Part shown: in pieces, positions 16,692 to 25,298 of the stretch
How positions within the stretch are numbered: position 1 is the stretch's first letter
Layout: each line of letters starts with the position of its first letter
From: a virus
Lineage: Duplodnaviria; Caudoviricetes
IMG/VR virus record: IMGVR_UViG_3300012933_000132
Location: 1 to 39,424 of that record
Direction: 5' to 3' (one strand)
DNA: 39,424 nucleotides
The notes under the pieces: model-generated
What the model was told of the DNA's origin: nothing
Seen by the model: only the letters and a program-made list of their open reading frames with translations
Databases searched by the model: none
Made by a program: the position numbers and the translations under genes

Positions 16692-16935
16692 ACACATGAC
16701 TCTCTATCTGGTTAACTATTGGGTTCCATTCCCAGCCAGTGAGTATGGTGGGTTGCAGGTAGTGATAGCTCGTGATGATGAAGAATGTTATAAGATCATC
16801 TCTGATGCTGACACTTGGGAGTTTGACTACCACAAGAACTCAGAAGAACTTATTCGTGCTCGCATCAAGAAGGCAACTAGGTTTCAACTTGTTGGTAGCT
16901 ACCTACCAGAAATGGTGAGGAGTTTTAAAACATGA
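16615..16935 (+). CDS. Hypothetical protein with N-terminal AT-hook-like motif
   Basis: MARPKGSKNK start after GAGGA RBS; YWVPFPASEYGG. Confidence 0.65.
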   Translation: MARPKGSKNKTAEPSQEPQESEPKPEHMTLYLVNYWVPFPASEYGGLQVVIARDDEECYKIISDADTWEFDYHKNSEELIRARIKKATRFQLVGSYLPEMVRSFKT

Positions 16936-17174
16936 CAGACAACACTATTAAATTCTGCAAAGACTGTAAACATGGTAAACGTGATTGGCTTTTCGGTTGG
17001 GAGTTTGCTAAATGTAAAGCCTTTCCTATCTCGGATGTAGACTTAGTAACCGGTAAAAAGACAACTGTTTATGAAGAGACATACTGTGAAACTCAACGTA
17101 AAAAATATACGTTTTGCTGTGGGCCTAAAGCCAAATTCTTTGAACCAAAAAAGAAAGTTTGGTGGATGACATGA
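16932..17174 (+). CDS. Cys-rich hypothetical protein
   Basis: CKDCKH...C...C...CG..AKFFE. Confidence 0.65.
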   Translation: MTDNTIKFCKDCKHGKRDWLFGWEFAKCKAFPISDVDLVTGKKTTVYEETYCETQRKKYTFCCGPKAKFFEPKKKVWWMT

Positions 17175-17440
17175 TGTTAAACCTAACCAAAGAGAATGAG
17201 GATGGCAGTGCAGACTTTGATCTGTCTCTCTCCCCGCTAGAAGTACAGGCTCTGGTTAATCTAGGCATAGTCAGTGTGTTGAATAAAGCAATTGAAGAAG
17301 GAAAAGAATATGTCCCAAGTGAGCTTGGTGTGGGTGACACCACAAGCAGAGGAGCTAGTTGCTCGTATGGCCCGTGTGTCAAATCCGGCAAACCAGAACA
17401 ACCCTGCATCTGCTCCGAAACTACTCAAGTACCTTATTAA
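17171..17440 (+). CDS. Hypothetical protein
   Basis: KENEDGSAD motif; tail overlaps thyX. Confidence 0.6.
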   Translation: MMLNLTKENEDGSADFDLSLSPLEVQALVNLGIVSVLNKAIEEGKEYVPSELGVGDTTSRGASCSYGPCVKSGKPEQPCICSETTQVPY

Positions 17441-17939
17441 GAACAAACACTGGTCTCCTTTTGAAATGGTGAATGTTTGTCTTGAGATTGAAACCACACG
17501 TGACATTGCCCGTCAAATCCTGCGTCACCGAAGCTTCTCTTTTCAGGAGTTTAGCCAGCGTTATGCTGTTGCTACAGGCTTTGAACTAAGCGAGGCTCGT
17601 CTACAAGATGATAAGAACCGCCAGAACAGCCTAGAGACAGAAGACCGTCAATTGGCTTATTGGTGGGAAGGCGCTCAAAGACGTGTGTTGACAGAGGCTC
17701 AGTTTATGTATGAAAGTGCTTTGGCTAAAGGCATTGCTAAAGAGCAGGCCCGTAAGCTGCTCCCAGAAGGAATGACACAAAGCCGCATGTACATGAATGG
17801 AACTCTTCGTTCATGGCTTCATTTCATTGAAATCCGTTGTGATAAAGCAACACAAAAGGAACATCGTGAAGTTGCAGAGAAAGTTCGTGGTATAATCTAT
17901 GAACAGTTTCCGGCAATCAAGGAGGTGCTAAGTGACTGA
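17310..17939 (+). CDS. thyX: Flavin-dependent thymidylate synthase
   Basis: HWSPFE, RHRSFSFQEFSQRY (RHR-X7-S), KEQAR, TQKEHR. Confidence 0.95.
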   Translation: MSQVSLVWVTPQAEELVARMARVSNPANQNNPASAPKLLKYLIKNKHWSPFEMVNVCLEIETTRDIARQILRHRSFSFQEFSQRYAVATGFELSEARLQDDKNRQNSLETEDRQLAYWWEGAQRRVLTEAQFMYESALAKGIAKEQARKLLPEGMTQSRMYMNGTLRSWLHFIEIRCDKATQKEHREVAEKVRGIIYEQFPAIKEVLSD

Positions 17940-18219
17940 AGAGCAAATCATTGATGACATCCTAGATGAGTTTGACTTTGGAAAAGTAATGCAAGTGATG
18001 GAGCATCTAGATTGGAAGTGGGGAGGTCTTGATAGTCCCCCTGAAGTTCCCTCTCTAGGACAGCTTCGTAAACGAGCAAGAAGCCTAATGAAATATTGCA
18101 TTGGACACGATGAATTTGTAACGGCAACAGGCGGCTTTCATGTGCGTAAAGAAACATTTGAAGGACAGCCCTATTACCAGCTACAATTTGTAGTGACTGA
18201 ATGGAATAATTACGATTAA
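17932..18219 (+). CDS. Hypothetical protein
   Basis: GGAGG RBS, GTG start; FDF.KV...M..LDWKW...TGGF. Confidence 0.7.
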   Translation: MTEEQIIDDILDEFDFGKVMQVMEHLDWKWGGLDSPPEVPSLGQLRKRARSLMKYCIGHDEFVTATGGFHVRKETFEGQPYYQLQFVVTEWNNYD

Positions 18220-18225
18220 CAATAT

Positions 18226-18302
18226 CTGCCCTTAGCTCAAACGGAGAGAGCAACGCCCTTCTAAGGCGTAGGTTGTTGGTTCAACTCCAACAGGGCAGGC
18301 CA
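18226..18302 (+). tRNA. tRNA-Arg(UCU)
   Basis: Acceptor CTGCCCT/AGGGCAG, D stem GCTC/GAGC, anticodon stem ACGCC/GGCGT with TCT at 18260-18262, T stem GTTGG/CCAAC, encoded CCA. Confidence 0.92.
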
Positions 18303-18315
18303 AACAAAGGAAAAC

Positions 18316-18984
18316 ATGAAAAAGCTTTTACTTTTATTGTCACTAGCAAGCTGCATTATCATCAATGCAGATGCTAAAGGTGGCGGCTCTTCTGGAGGGG
18401 GCGGTCATGGTGGTGGTGGTCACGCTAGTTCAGGTGGTGGACGAAGCATGTCATCATCGTCTGTGTCACGTCCTGCACCTGCACCATCTGTAGCTCCTCG
18501 TCCGTCTACATCTCCTGCTCCAACAGCAGCTCCTAAGACAACTACAACAACTACCACAACAACACGATCTGTGAACACTTCTTCACGCTATGTGTCAGGC
18601 GGTGGTGTTGCTTACGGCGGCATGGGAATGGGTTATGGTTACAGTAATGGCCTATTAACAGGCATGATTATTGGTAATATGATGCACCCACATAACACTG
18701 TGGTGTATGCTGGAGGAGGCGCACACAGTAACAACGCTTTGCTCTATCCTGATGGTCGTGTTGTTAATCAACAAGGGCAGCAAGTTGGTACATACCAGAA
18801 CGGTCAGTTCACTGAGACACCAAACGGTCCTGTAGTTGCACAGCCCGTCCCTCAAGATGCTTTACACCCTCCTGCTGAACGTGAGAAAACAGTGAGTGAA
18901 TGGATGAAAGACATTTTATTATTCACAGCACTAATCTTGGTCATTGTTATTCTAATCATCTTTTTGCGAGGTCTTTTCTTATGA
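18316..18984 (+). CDS. Exported, membrane-anchored Gly/Ser/Thr-rich protein
   Basis: Signal peptide ending ADA, low-complexity segments, C-terminal TM helix. Confidence 0.75.
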   Translation: MKKLLLLLSLASCIIINADAKGGGSSGGGGHGGGGHASSGGGRSMSSSSVSRPAPAPSVAPRPSTSPAPTAAPKTTTTTTTTTRSVNTSSRYVSGGGVAYGGMGMGYGYSNGLLTGMIIGNMMHPHNTVVYAGGGAHSNNALLYPDGRVVNQQGQQVGTYQNGQFTETPNGPVVAQPVPQDALHPPAEREKTVSEWMKDILLFTALILVIVILIIFLRGLFL

Positions 18985-19301
18985 TTAACTTTCTCATTGC
19001 TGTGGCGCTCATCCTATTTGTCATTATTCTTGTCACTTTCTTGGTACGCATTATGAATGAAACTGTTTATTTTGATGGTGGTGTTGAAGAAGAAACTATC
19101 ACCACTACAACCACCACTACAACCACCGTTGTGGAGGAGCCTCCTATTATTACAATTGATCAGTTACCCCCTCTTGAACGTAAGTTTAAAGAGAATGGTC
19201 AACCGTTTTGTATTGATCCAGCAGACAACACTGAATGGCTGTTAAATACATACGATGACATGTATGAAGATGCAAGCGGTAAATGGTGGAAACTTATTTA
19301 A
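18981..19301 (+). CDS. Membrane protein with poly-Thr linker
   Basis: N-terminal TM, TTTTTTTTT, ATGA-coupled. Confidence 0.65.
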   Translation: MINFLIAVALILFVIILVTFLVRIMNETVYFDGGVEEETITTTTTTTTTVVEEPPIITIDQLPPLERKFKENGQPFCIDPADNTEWLLNTYDDMYEDASGKWWKLI

Positions 19302-19310
19302 AGGAAAGAC

Positions 19311-19559
19311 ATGGGAAAGAAAATCTTAACATTGGTAATGAAAGAAGTAGATGACAACTACGAGTCAGTTCAGGACACGCAAGTAGTCACCTATCTGGAC
19401 AGCGATGTTGCATGGGATAAAATGATTCCATTCTTCTTGCACTTCCTTGAAGGTGCTGGTTATATTGGTGTTGTTGAACAGATGTCAAAGCTTTTAGGAG
19501 GTGATGTGTATGACTACGAGACCTATTTCCCTTACCACATTGGAGAATTTGATGAATAA
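19311..19559 (+). CDS. Hypothetical protein
   Basis: AAGGA RBS; F..FL.G.GY motif. Confidence 0.7.
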   Translation: MGKKILTLVMKEVDDNYESVQDTQVVTYLDSDVAWDKMIPFFLHFLEGAGYIGVVEQMSKLLGGDVYDYETYFPYHIGEFDE

Positions 19560-19809
19560 GAAATTCTATTCACGTAAGTGGCTCAATTCAAAAGAAGGTA
19601 CAGCATACATTGAATGTGCTGCTTCTAATGACTTAAGCAGTTATAAAGACTTTGGTTTCAAACTTGCAGACTGTCATAAAACTGTGTCAATTGACCTTAG
19701 CTTTCATAACAATAAAGGGAAAGCTGAACGAGTTAAGAAGCTTGGTCTCATCATTGATGAACTGATTAACTTGAAGCTTGCAATTGAAAAGGTAGAGGTA
19801 AACAAATGA
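19552..19809 (+). CDS. Hypothetical protein
   Basis: GGAG RBS; RKWLN...LADC. Confidence 0.7.
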   Translation: MNKKFYSRKWLNSKEGTAYIECAASNDLSSYKDFGFKLADCHKTVSIDLSFHNNKGKAERVKKLGLIIDELINLKLAIEKVEVNK

Positions 19810-20570
19810 GAATCTTAGTTATTCCAGACACTCAGGTCAAAGAAGGCGTTCCAATGGAGCACCTAACATGGGCTGGTAAAGCAATCTGTGAATACAAGCC
19901 TGATGTTGTTATCCACTTGGGAGACCATGCAGACATGCCTAGTCTCTCAAGCCATGACATTAAGGGCAGTAAGTATTTTGAAGGCTTACGTTACCAGAAA
20001 GACATTGAGGCAGCTAAAGAGGGCATGAGAATGCTCCTAGAACCTCTTAAAACGCTCCAGAAGACCCAGAAAGAGACTAAGCATAAGGTGTATAAGCCCC
20101 GCATGGTTCTCACCCTTGGAAACCACGAGAATCGCATTGACAGGGCTGTGAACAACAACCCAATGCTTGAAGGCCTAATTAAGACGAAAGACTTAGAATA
20201 TGAAAAAGATTGGGAAGTGCATCCTTTCTTACACCCTGTATTTATCAACGGCGTTGGCTTTAGTCATTACTGGCCTGTTGGTGCTATGGGGAGGCCTGCT
20301 GGGACTGCTGGTGCAATTATTAACAAGCTTCATATGTCATGCATTGCTGGGCATCAGCAAGGCAAACAAATCGCTTACGGAAAAAGAGCTGATGGTAAGC
20401 CAATATGTGCTATCATTGCTGGTAGTTACTATCTTCATGATGAGTCTTATATGGACCAACTGAGCAACCGTCATTGGCGAGGCTTGTTGGTGTTAAATGA
20501 GGTGGAAGATGGTCACTTTGACGAAATGTTCTTAAGCATTGAATATTTACAACGAAAGTATTCACAATGA
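19806..20570 (+). CDS. Calcineurin-like metallophosphoesterase
   Basis: PDTQ, LGDHAD, GNHE, FSH and GHQQ motifs. Confidence 0.85.
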   Translation: MRILVIPDTQVKEGVPMEHLTWAGKAICEYKPDVVIHLGDHADMPSLSSHDIKGSKYFEGLRYQKDIEAAKEGMRMLLEPLKTLQKTQKETKHKVYKPRMVLTLGNHENRIDRAVNNNPMLEGLIKTKDLEYEKDWEVHPFLHPVFINGVGFSHYWPVGAMGRPAGTAGAIINKLHMSCIAGHQQGKQIAYGKRADGKPICAIIAGSYYLHDESYMDQLSNRHWRGLLVLNEVEDGHFDEMFLSIEYLQRKYSQ

Positions 20571-20722
20571 GTCTCACTGTAAATGACATTGCAGACTTGC
20601 TAAGACGAGAAGACTGTGTTACAATATTGGAACTACTAGACATTAGTAGTGATGATCTTGTAGACAGGTTCATGGATGTAATTGATGACAAAGCAGAGAA
20701 AATAGAAAAGGAATTAACATGA
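20567..20722 (+). CDS. Small acidic conserved phage protein (not in ORF track)
   Basis: 51 aa, LELLDISSDDLVDRF, ATGA-coupled on both sides. Confidence 0.65.
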   Translation: MSLTVNDIADLLRREDCVTILELLDISSDDLVDRFMDVIDDKAEKIEKELT

Positions 20723-22620
20723 AATATATGGGAAGTTATGAGCAATACATCGCTAAGAGTCGATATGCTCGTTACATGGATAGTGAACAACGCCGTGAGG
20801 ACTGGGAAGAAACCGTTTCACGTTACTTTGACTTCATGTCAGAGCAATTGAAGAAGAACCACGACTACACGCTGAGCGACACAATGCGTGATGAGTTGCA
20901 GAGTGCCGTGATTAACATGGAGGTGATGCCCTCTATGCGTAGTTTGATGACAGCAGGGAAGGCATTGGAGCGTGATAACACAGCTGGTTACAATTGCAGT
21001 TATTTGCCTATTGATGATGTTAAAGCCTTTGACGAGGCTATGTATATTCTTCTGTGCGGTACTGGTGTTGGTTTCTCTGTTGAGCGTCAGAGCATTCAAA
21101 AGCTGCCCGACATTCCAGAAGAGCTGTTTGAAAGCAACACGACTGTTGTAGTGTCAGACAGCAAAGAAGGCTGGGCTAAGAGCTTGCGTCAAATCATTGC
21201 CTTGCTCTATGCAGGCGAAGTCCCAAAATGGGATGTGTCTAAGGTTCGTCCTAAAGGTGCTCGCTTGAAGACCTTCGGTGGTCGTGCTTCTGGTCCCGAG
21301 CCATTGATTGAGTTGTTTCAGTTTGTTTCTGCCATCTTCAAAGGTGCTAAGGGCCGTAAACTGAATAGCCTTGAGTGTCACGACATCATGTGTAAGATTG
21401 GTGAAGTTGTTGTTGTAGGCGGTGTACGCCGCTCAGCCATGATTAGCTTGTCTAACCTGTCTGATGATCGTATGCGTCACGCTAAGAGCGGTGCATGGTG
21501 GGAGAAGAACGGTCAACGTGCCTTGGCTAACAACAGTGCCTGCTATACAGAGCGTCCTGATGTTGGCATCTTCATGCAGGAATGGAACTCTTTGTATGAA
21601 AGCAAGAGTGGTGAGCGTGGTATCTTCAATCGTGAAGCAGCTAAGAAAGTGGTGAAACAAAATGGAAGACGCAATAGTGACTTTGATTTCGGGACTAATC
21701 CCTGTTCTGAAATCATTCTTCGACCATATCAATTCTGTAATCTTTCCGAAATCATTGTTCGTTCTGATGACACAGTGGATAGCTTGAAACGTAAGGCACG
21801 TTTAGCAACCATCTTAGGTACATTCCAGAGCACATTGACCCACTTCCCATATCTACGTAAGGTGTGGCAGAAGAACACTGAGGAAGAGCGTTTGCTGGGT
21901 GTATCAATGACAGGCATTCTTGACAATGCTTTGTTGAACAACCCTGATAGTCCTAAACTGGAAGGCATTCTGAATGAACTTAAAGCTGTATGTGTCGCAA
22001 CTAATGGGATTATGGCTGAGCATCTTGGTATTCCTGCCAGTGCTGCCATTACTTGTGTTAAGCCTAGTGGTACTGTCAGTCAGCTCACTGATAGTGCATC
22101 TGGTATTCATGCCCGTCATGCTGAGTATTATTTTAGACGAGTTCGTGGAGACAAGAAAGACCCATTGACACAACATCTGATTGATGCAGGCGTAACAGCT
22201 GAGCCATGTGTTATGAAGCCAGAGCAAACTGTGGTGTTCACCTTCCCTAAGAAGGCCCCTCAAGGTGCTATGCTTCGTAAAGACCTGACAGCTATGCAAC
22301 ACTTGAAGCTGTGGCTTGCCTATCAACGTCACTGGTGTGAGCATAAGCCTTCTGTTACCATCTCTGTCTCTGAACATGAGTGGCCTGAAGTTGGTGCATG
22401 GGTATGGAAACACTTCGATGAAATGTCTGGTGTCTCCTTCTTGCCTTATGATGGTGGCAGTTATCGACAGGCCCCATACGAAGACTGTACAAAAGAACAG
22501 TATGAAGCCCTGTTAGCTACAACACCATCCACCATTGATTGGAATAGTCTGATTGAAATGGATGATAATGTTGAAGGTGTACAGACCTTGGCTTGTACAG
22601 CAGCAGGTTGTGAAATCTAA
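20719..22620 (+). CDS. nrdJ: Class II (adenosylcobalamin-dependent) ribonucleotide reductase
   Basis: YNCSY, GTNPCSEI, TCVKPSGT, C-terminal CTAAGCEI; no adjacent beta subunit. Confidence 0.9.
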   Translation: MKYMGSYEQYIAKSRYARYMDSEQRREDWEETVSRYFDFMSEQLKKNHDYTLSDTMRDELQSAVINMEVMPSMRSLMTAGKALERDNTAGYNCSYLPIDDVKAFDEAMYILLCGTGVGFSVERQSIQKLPDIPEELFESNTTVVVSDSKEGWAKSLRQIIALLYAGEVPKWDVSKVRPKGARLKTFGGRASGPEPLIELFQFVSAIFKGAKGRKLNSLECHDIMCKIGEVVVVGGVRRSAMISLSNLSDDRMRHAKSGAWWEKNGQRALANNSACYTERPDVGIFMQEWNSLYESKSGERGIFNREAAKKVVKQNGRRNSDFDFGTNPCSEIILRPYQFCNLSEIIVRSDDTVDSLKRKARLATILGTFQSTLTHFPYLRKVWQKNTEEERLLGVSMTGILDNALLNNPDSPKLEGILNELKAVCVATNGIMAEHLGIPASAAITCVKPSGTVSQLTDSASGIHARHAEYYFRRVRGDKKDPLTQHLIDAGVTAEPCVMKPEQTVVFTFPKKAPQGAMLRKDLTAMQHLKLWLAYQRHWCEHKPSVTISVSEHEWPEVGAWVWKHFDEMSGVSFLPYDGGSYRQAPYEDCTKEQYEALLATTPSTIDWNSLIEMDDNVEGVQTLACTAAGCEI

Positions 22621-22831
22621 TAAAAGAAACACACCAGTTCCACCGAAAACAGGATGGCCTCCGGGCCTCTTGCAAGATGACTCTAGTGAGTTATCTAGGT
22701 GGTTTGCTAGTCGTCTTGACGCAAGAGAAACATTAAGGAGATTTATCAGAGATGAAAACAATCGTGTACACGAAAGACAATTGTCCAGCGTGTGTGCAAC
22801 TGAAGACAAAGCTGGTCTTGGAAGGGACTAG
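22610..22831 (+). CDS. Hypothetical protein
   Basis: GWPPGLLQDD...LSRWFAS; fills the gap to glutaredoxin. Confidence 0.5.
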   Translation: MKSNKRNTPVPPKTGWPPGLLQDDSSELSRWFASRLDARETLRRFIRDENNRVHERQLSSVCATEDKAGLGRD

Positions 22832-22934
22832 CTTTGTTGAGGTTCACTTAGGCAGAGACATGACAATCGAAGACTTCAAAGCGAAGTTCCCCACTGTTCG
22901 TTCAGTACCACACATGGAGACTATTGATGACTGA
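22752..22934 (+). CDS. Glutaredoxin
   Basis: VYTKDNCPAC...RSVP; next to RNR. Confidence 0.85.
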   Translation: MKTIVYTKDNCPACVQLKTKLVLEGTSFVEVHLGRDMTIEDFKAKFPTVRSVPHMETIDD

Positions 22935-23142
22935 AAAATATGGCCTATTAAAAGTAATCTGTTTATTGCTTATCACAGCTAAACTGTTTGTTGGTTATGA
23001 CATCACATGGTTTGAGACATTCATTCCAATCTATGTAGCTTTTGGTATGGAAGCTTTAAAGATGTTGACAGAGCAATTAGAAGTGTACTTAGAGAAAATG
23101 AAAGAGACACTGGAAAAGAAAGGTAAACATGATAACAATTAA
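22924..23142 (+). CDS. Small membrane protein
   Basis: Hydrophobic N-terminal half, ITWF..F.P. Confidence 0.6.
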   Translation: MMTEKYGLLKVICLLLITAKLFVGYDITWFETFIPIYVAFGMEALKMLTEQLEVYLEKMKETLEKKGKHDNN

Positions 23143-23305
23143 CCCACGCTTAGGCATTGGCCTTGACATTGAATATAATGATGATGTATGTCACATCGTT
23201 GAGTTTGATAACAGCGACAAGGAGGAAGTGGTTGGCTTTATGGGCATCATCATTAAGCTACCATTCTTCTCAATATACATTGGTGACTTCTTTGAGTTAG
23301 ACTAA
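23129..23305 (+). CDS. Hypothetical protein (not in ORF track)
   Basis: 58 aa, AAGG RBS, ends at the terminator. Confidence 0.55.
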   Translation: MITINPRLGIGLDIEYNDDVCHIVEFDNSDKEEVVGFMGIIIKLPFFSIYIGDFFELD

Positions 23306-23336
23306 AAAGAAAGGGGACTATTAAGTCCCCTTTTTT
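23304..23336. terminator. Bidirectional rho-independent terminator
   Basis: A-tract, AAGGGGACT-atta-AGTCCCCTT stem, T-tract, at the convergence of the two arms. Confidence 0.9.
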
Positions 23337-25290
23337 ATTGCCTGTATCCAATGGCTTCTTGTGCTCCATACTTCTCAAGGTAGGCGTTATACCATTGCCT
23401 TGCAAAGTCTGGGTTGTCTTTGTATAGTTCCATAGTGAGCTGCTTAGTAGCTGCACTACGTGACATACTGACAATCTTCTGTACTGCCACTTCCTTCTGA
23501 TACTTATCTAGCTTCTCAAATTGTGGATTGTTAAACGCTTGACTCAAGCTGTTAGACAACACACCACCAGAGATTTGTTTATATCTAGAATATTGTGTAC
23601 TATCTAGTTCAACACCACCAATCTTCTTGTTAGCACCAACAATCTCTACACCAATCTCTTCAAGCTTTCTCTCAATGGCAGTGGGTGTAGTAACCTTAAT
23701 ACCAAGCAAAGCGTTAGACAAGCTGGCCTGCTCTGGCTCACCTGTCTTGGTGTATTTAACTGGTAGCTCTTCACGCATACCGGGGATACGGCTCTGTGCC
23801 TTCTCAACAAACGTCATAGCTTCACGCTCTGTTGGGTCTAACACCTTGGCTGTAGTGGCTGCAATGGCTGGTACAAGAGCGTTAGCATACTGAGCAAAGA
23901 AGCCACCACCGTGTCTCTCTGGGTCATACATAGCAAACAAGGCCTTGCTCAAGCCTTCCATAAAACTCTTCTCAAGAATGTTGTTCTTAACAGCAGCAGC
24001 ATAGGCCAACAAGAAGTCTTGTGCATTCTTGTCTGGGTTCTTATTCTCTTTATATTCCTTGAGAATAGACGAAGCATCAACAGCCATACCAAACACTGTG
24101 GCTAATGGTTCAATACGTTGATAGCTCACCCATTCATCACCCACCTTCATAGAGAACTTAGGGCGACCATCCTTTGGATCAGAGCCTGTAATGAGTCCTT
24201 GGTTAACAGCAGCATCCAATGCAATGGCAGCACCCATGCCCAGTGCCTGCTTAGCAATGAGCTTGCCACGTTGCTCAGGCATGTTCATAGCAAAGTCAAA
24301 CTTCCCTGTATTACCAATCTCTTTCTTACCTGCCAAGCCAATGCCGGGAATGTAAGACACACCTTCTTTGATGATGTTGTATGGGGTTTTGATAAAGGGT
24401 ACAATGAGGGCAGACAATGGATGCTTGGCTCTGAACTGAGCAGCTGCCTGTGCTACACCTGTAAGCTTCTCTTGGAACACAGCTTCCTTAGCAAAGTTCT
24501 GTACGTTCCACAGGTTGTTACCACCAAGCTTATCTGTCAGCTGTTGTTGCCAGTTATCCACAGTGAGTCTGTCTTTGGTAAGCTTTGTATAAATCTCACC
24601 TGCATCACCACCTGTCTGCTTAGCCATACGTGCAGCTTCTCTGTAAGCAATGGCATTAAACTCCATGCGTCTAAAGACAGCCTTGTTAAACTCGTCAATG
24701 AAGATACCAACACGAGTAGGAGTTCTAACAACTTCACCGAGTGTGCCACCCAATGCTTTGTTATTCACATCATACAAGTCACCCTTCAACATCTCTGCTC
24801 TTTCAGCTGAAATGAAGTTCTCGTTGATAAACTTCTGGAACTTAGCATCTGTCATACCCATAGCTTGAGCAGACATGTTAATATCAAGAGGACGACCAGA
24901 GACAAAGCCTTGCTTAGCAAAAGCCATAGCCTCGCTAAAGCCCTGCATAATACCCCTGAGCATAGCTACCCCTTCACCTGTAGTTTTATCGCTCTTGCTG
25001 AGGCTTCTAGGTAGGGCTGCTTCGATCTCTCTAAGCACTGGCTGCAAGAACATCTGTGTACCGGCAGACAAAGCGTTAACAGCGATAGTGCCGGGGCCTG
25101 ATACATAACTGTTCACTACATATTCAGAGGCAATACGACCAGCAATGTGTGGTTCCTTTGCCATCTTGGTTTGTAGCTCAGCTAACAGGTTGGCTTTCTG
25201 TTGTGGTGTTAAGTCTTCAAACTTATCAATGAGTAATTTCTTGTCTGCTAGTTCTCTGAACCAAACAGCACATGCTTCTGAGTATGCCAT
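23335..25290 (-). CDS. Large internal virion (ejection) protein
   Basis: 651 aa, last gene of structural arm; PFIKTPYN and WVSYQRIEP motifs; AAGGA RBS before ATG 25290. Confidence 0.65.
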   Translation of the reverse strand: MAYSEACAVWFRELADKKLLIDKFEDLTPQQKANLLAELQTKMAKEPHIAGRIASEYVVNSYVSGPGTIAVNALSAGTQMFLQPVLREIEAALPRSLSKSDKTTGEGVAMLRGIMQGFSEAMAFAKQGFVSGRPLDINMSAQAMGMTDAKFQKFINENFISAERAEMLKGDLYDVNNKALGGTLGEVVRTPTRVGIFIDEFNKAVFRRMEFNAIAYREAARMAKQTGGDAGEIYTKLTKDRLTVDNWQQQLTDKLGGNNLWNVQNFAKEAVFQEKLTGVAQAAAQFRAKHPLSALIVPFIKTPYNIIKEGVSYIPGIGLAGKKEIGNTGKFDFAMNMPEQRGKLIAKQALGMGAAIALDAAVNQGLITGSDPKDGRPKFSMKVGDEWVSYQRIEPLATVFGMAVDASSILKEYKENKNPDKNAQDFLLAYAAAVKNNILEKSFMEGLSKALFAMYDPERHGGGFFAQYANALVPAIAATTAKVLDPTEREAMTFVEKAQSRIPGMREELPVKYTKTGEPEQASLSNALLGIKVTTPTAIERKLEEIGVEIVGANKKIGGVELDSTQYSRYKQISGGVLSNSLSQAFNNPQFEKLDKYQKEVAVQKIVSMSRSAATKQLTMELYKDNPDFARQWYNAYLEKYGAQEAIGYRQ

Positions 25291-25298
25291 GTATATCC

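Noticed and set aside
18226-18302. tRNA as an attP/attB integration site
   Set aside because: No integrase and no duplicated tRNA 3' end seen; all flanking genes are phage genes
18339-18354. GTCACTAGCAAGCTGC as an eighth dyad copy; also GTAACT-TAGTA-TGTTAC near 8357
   Set aside because: Several arm mismatches or the wrong spacer length; not counted
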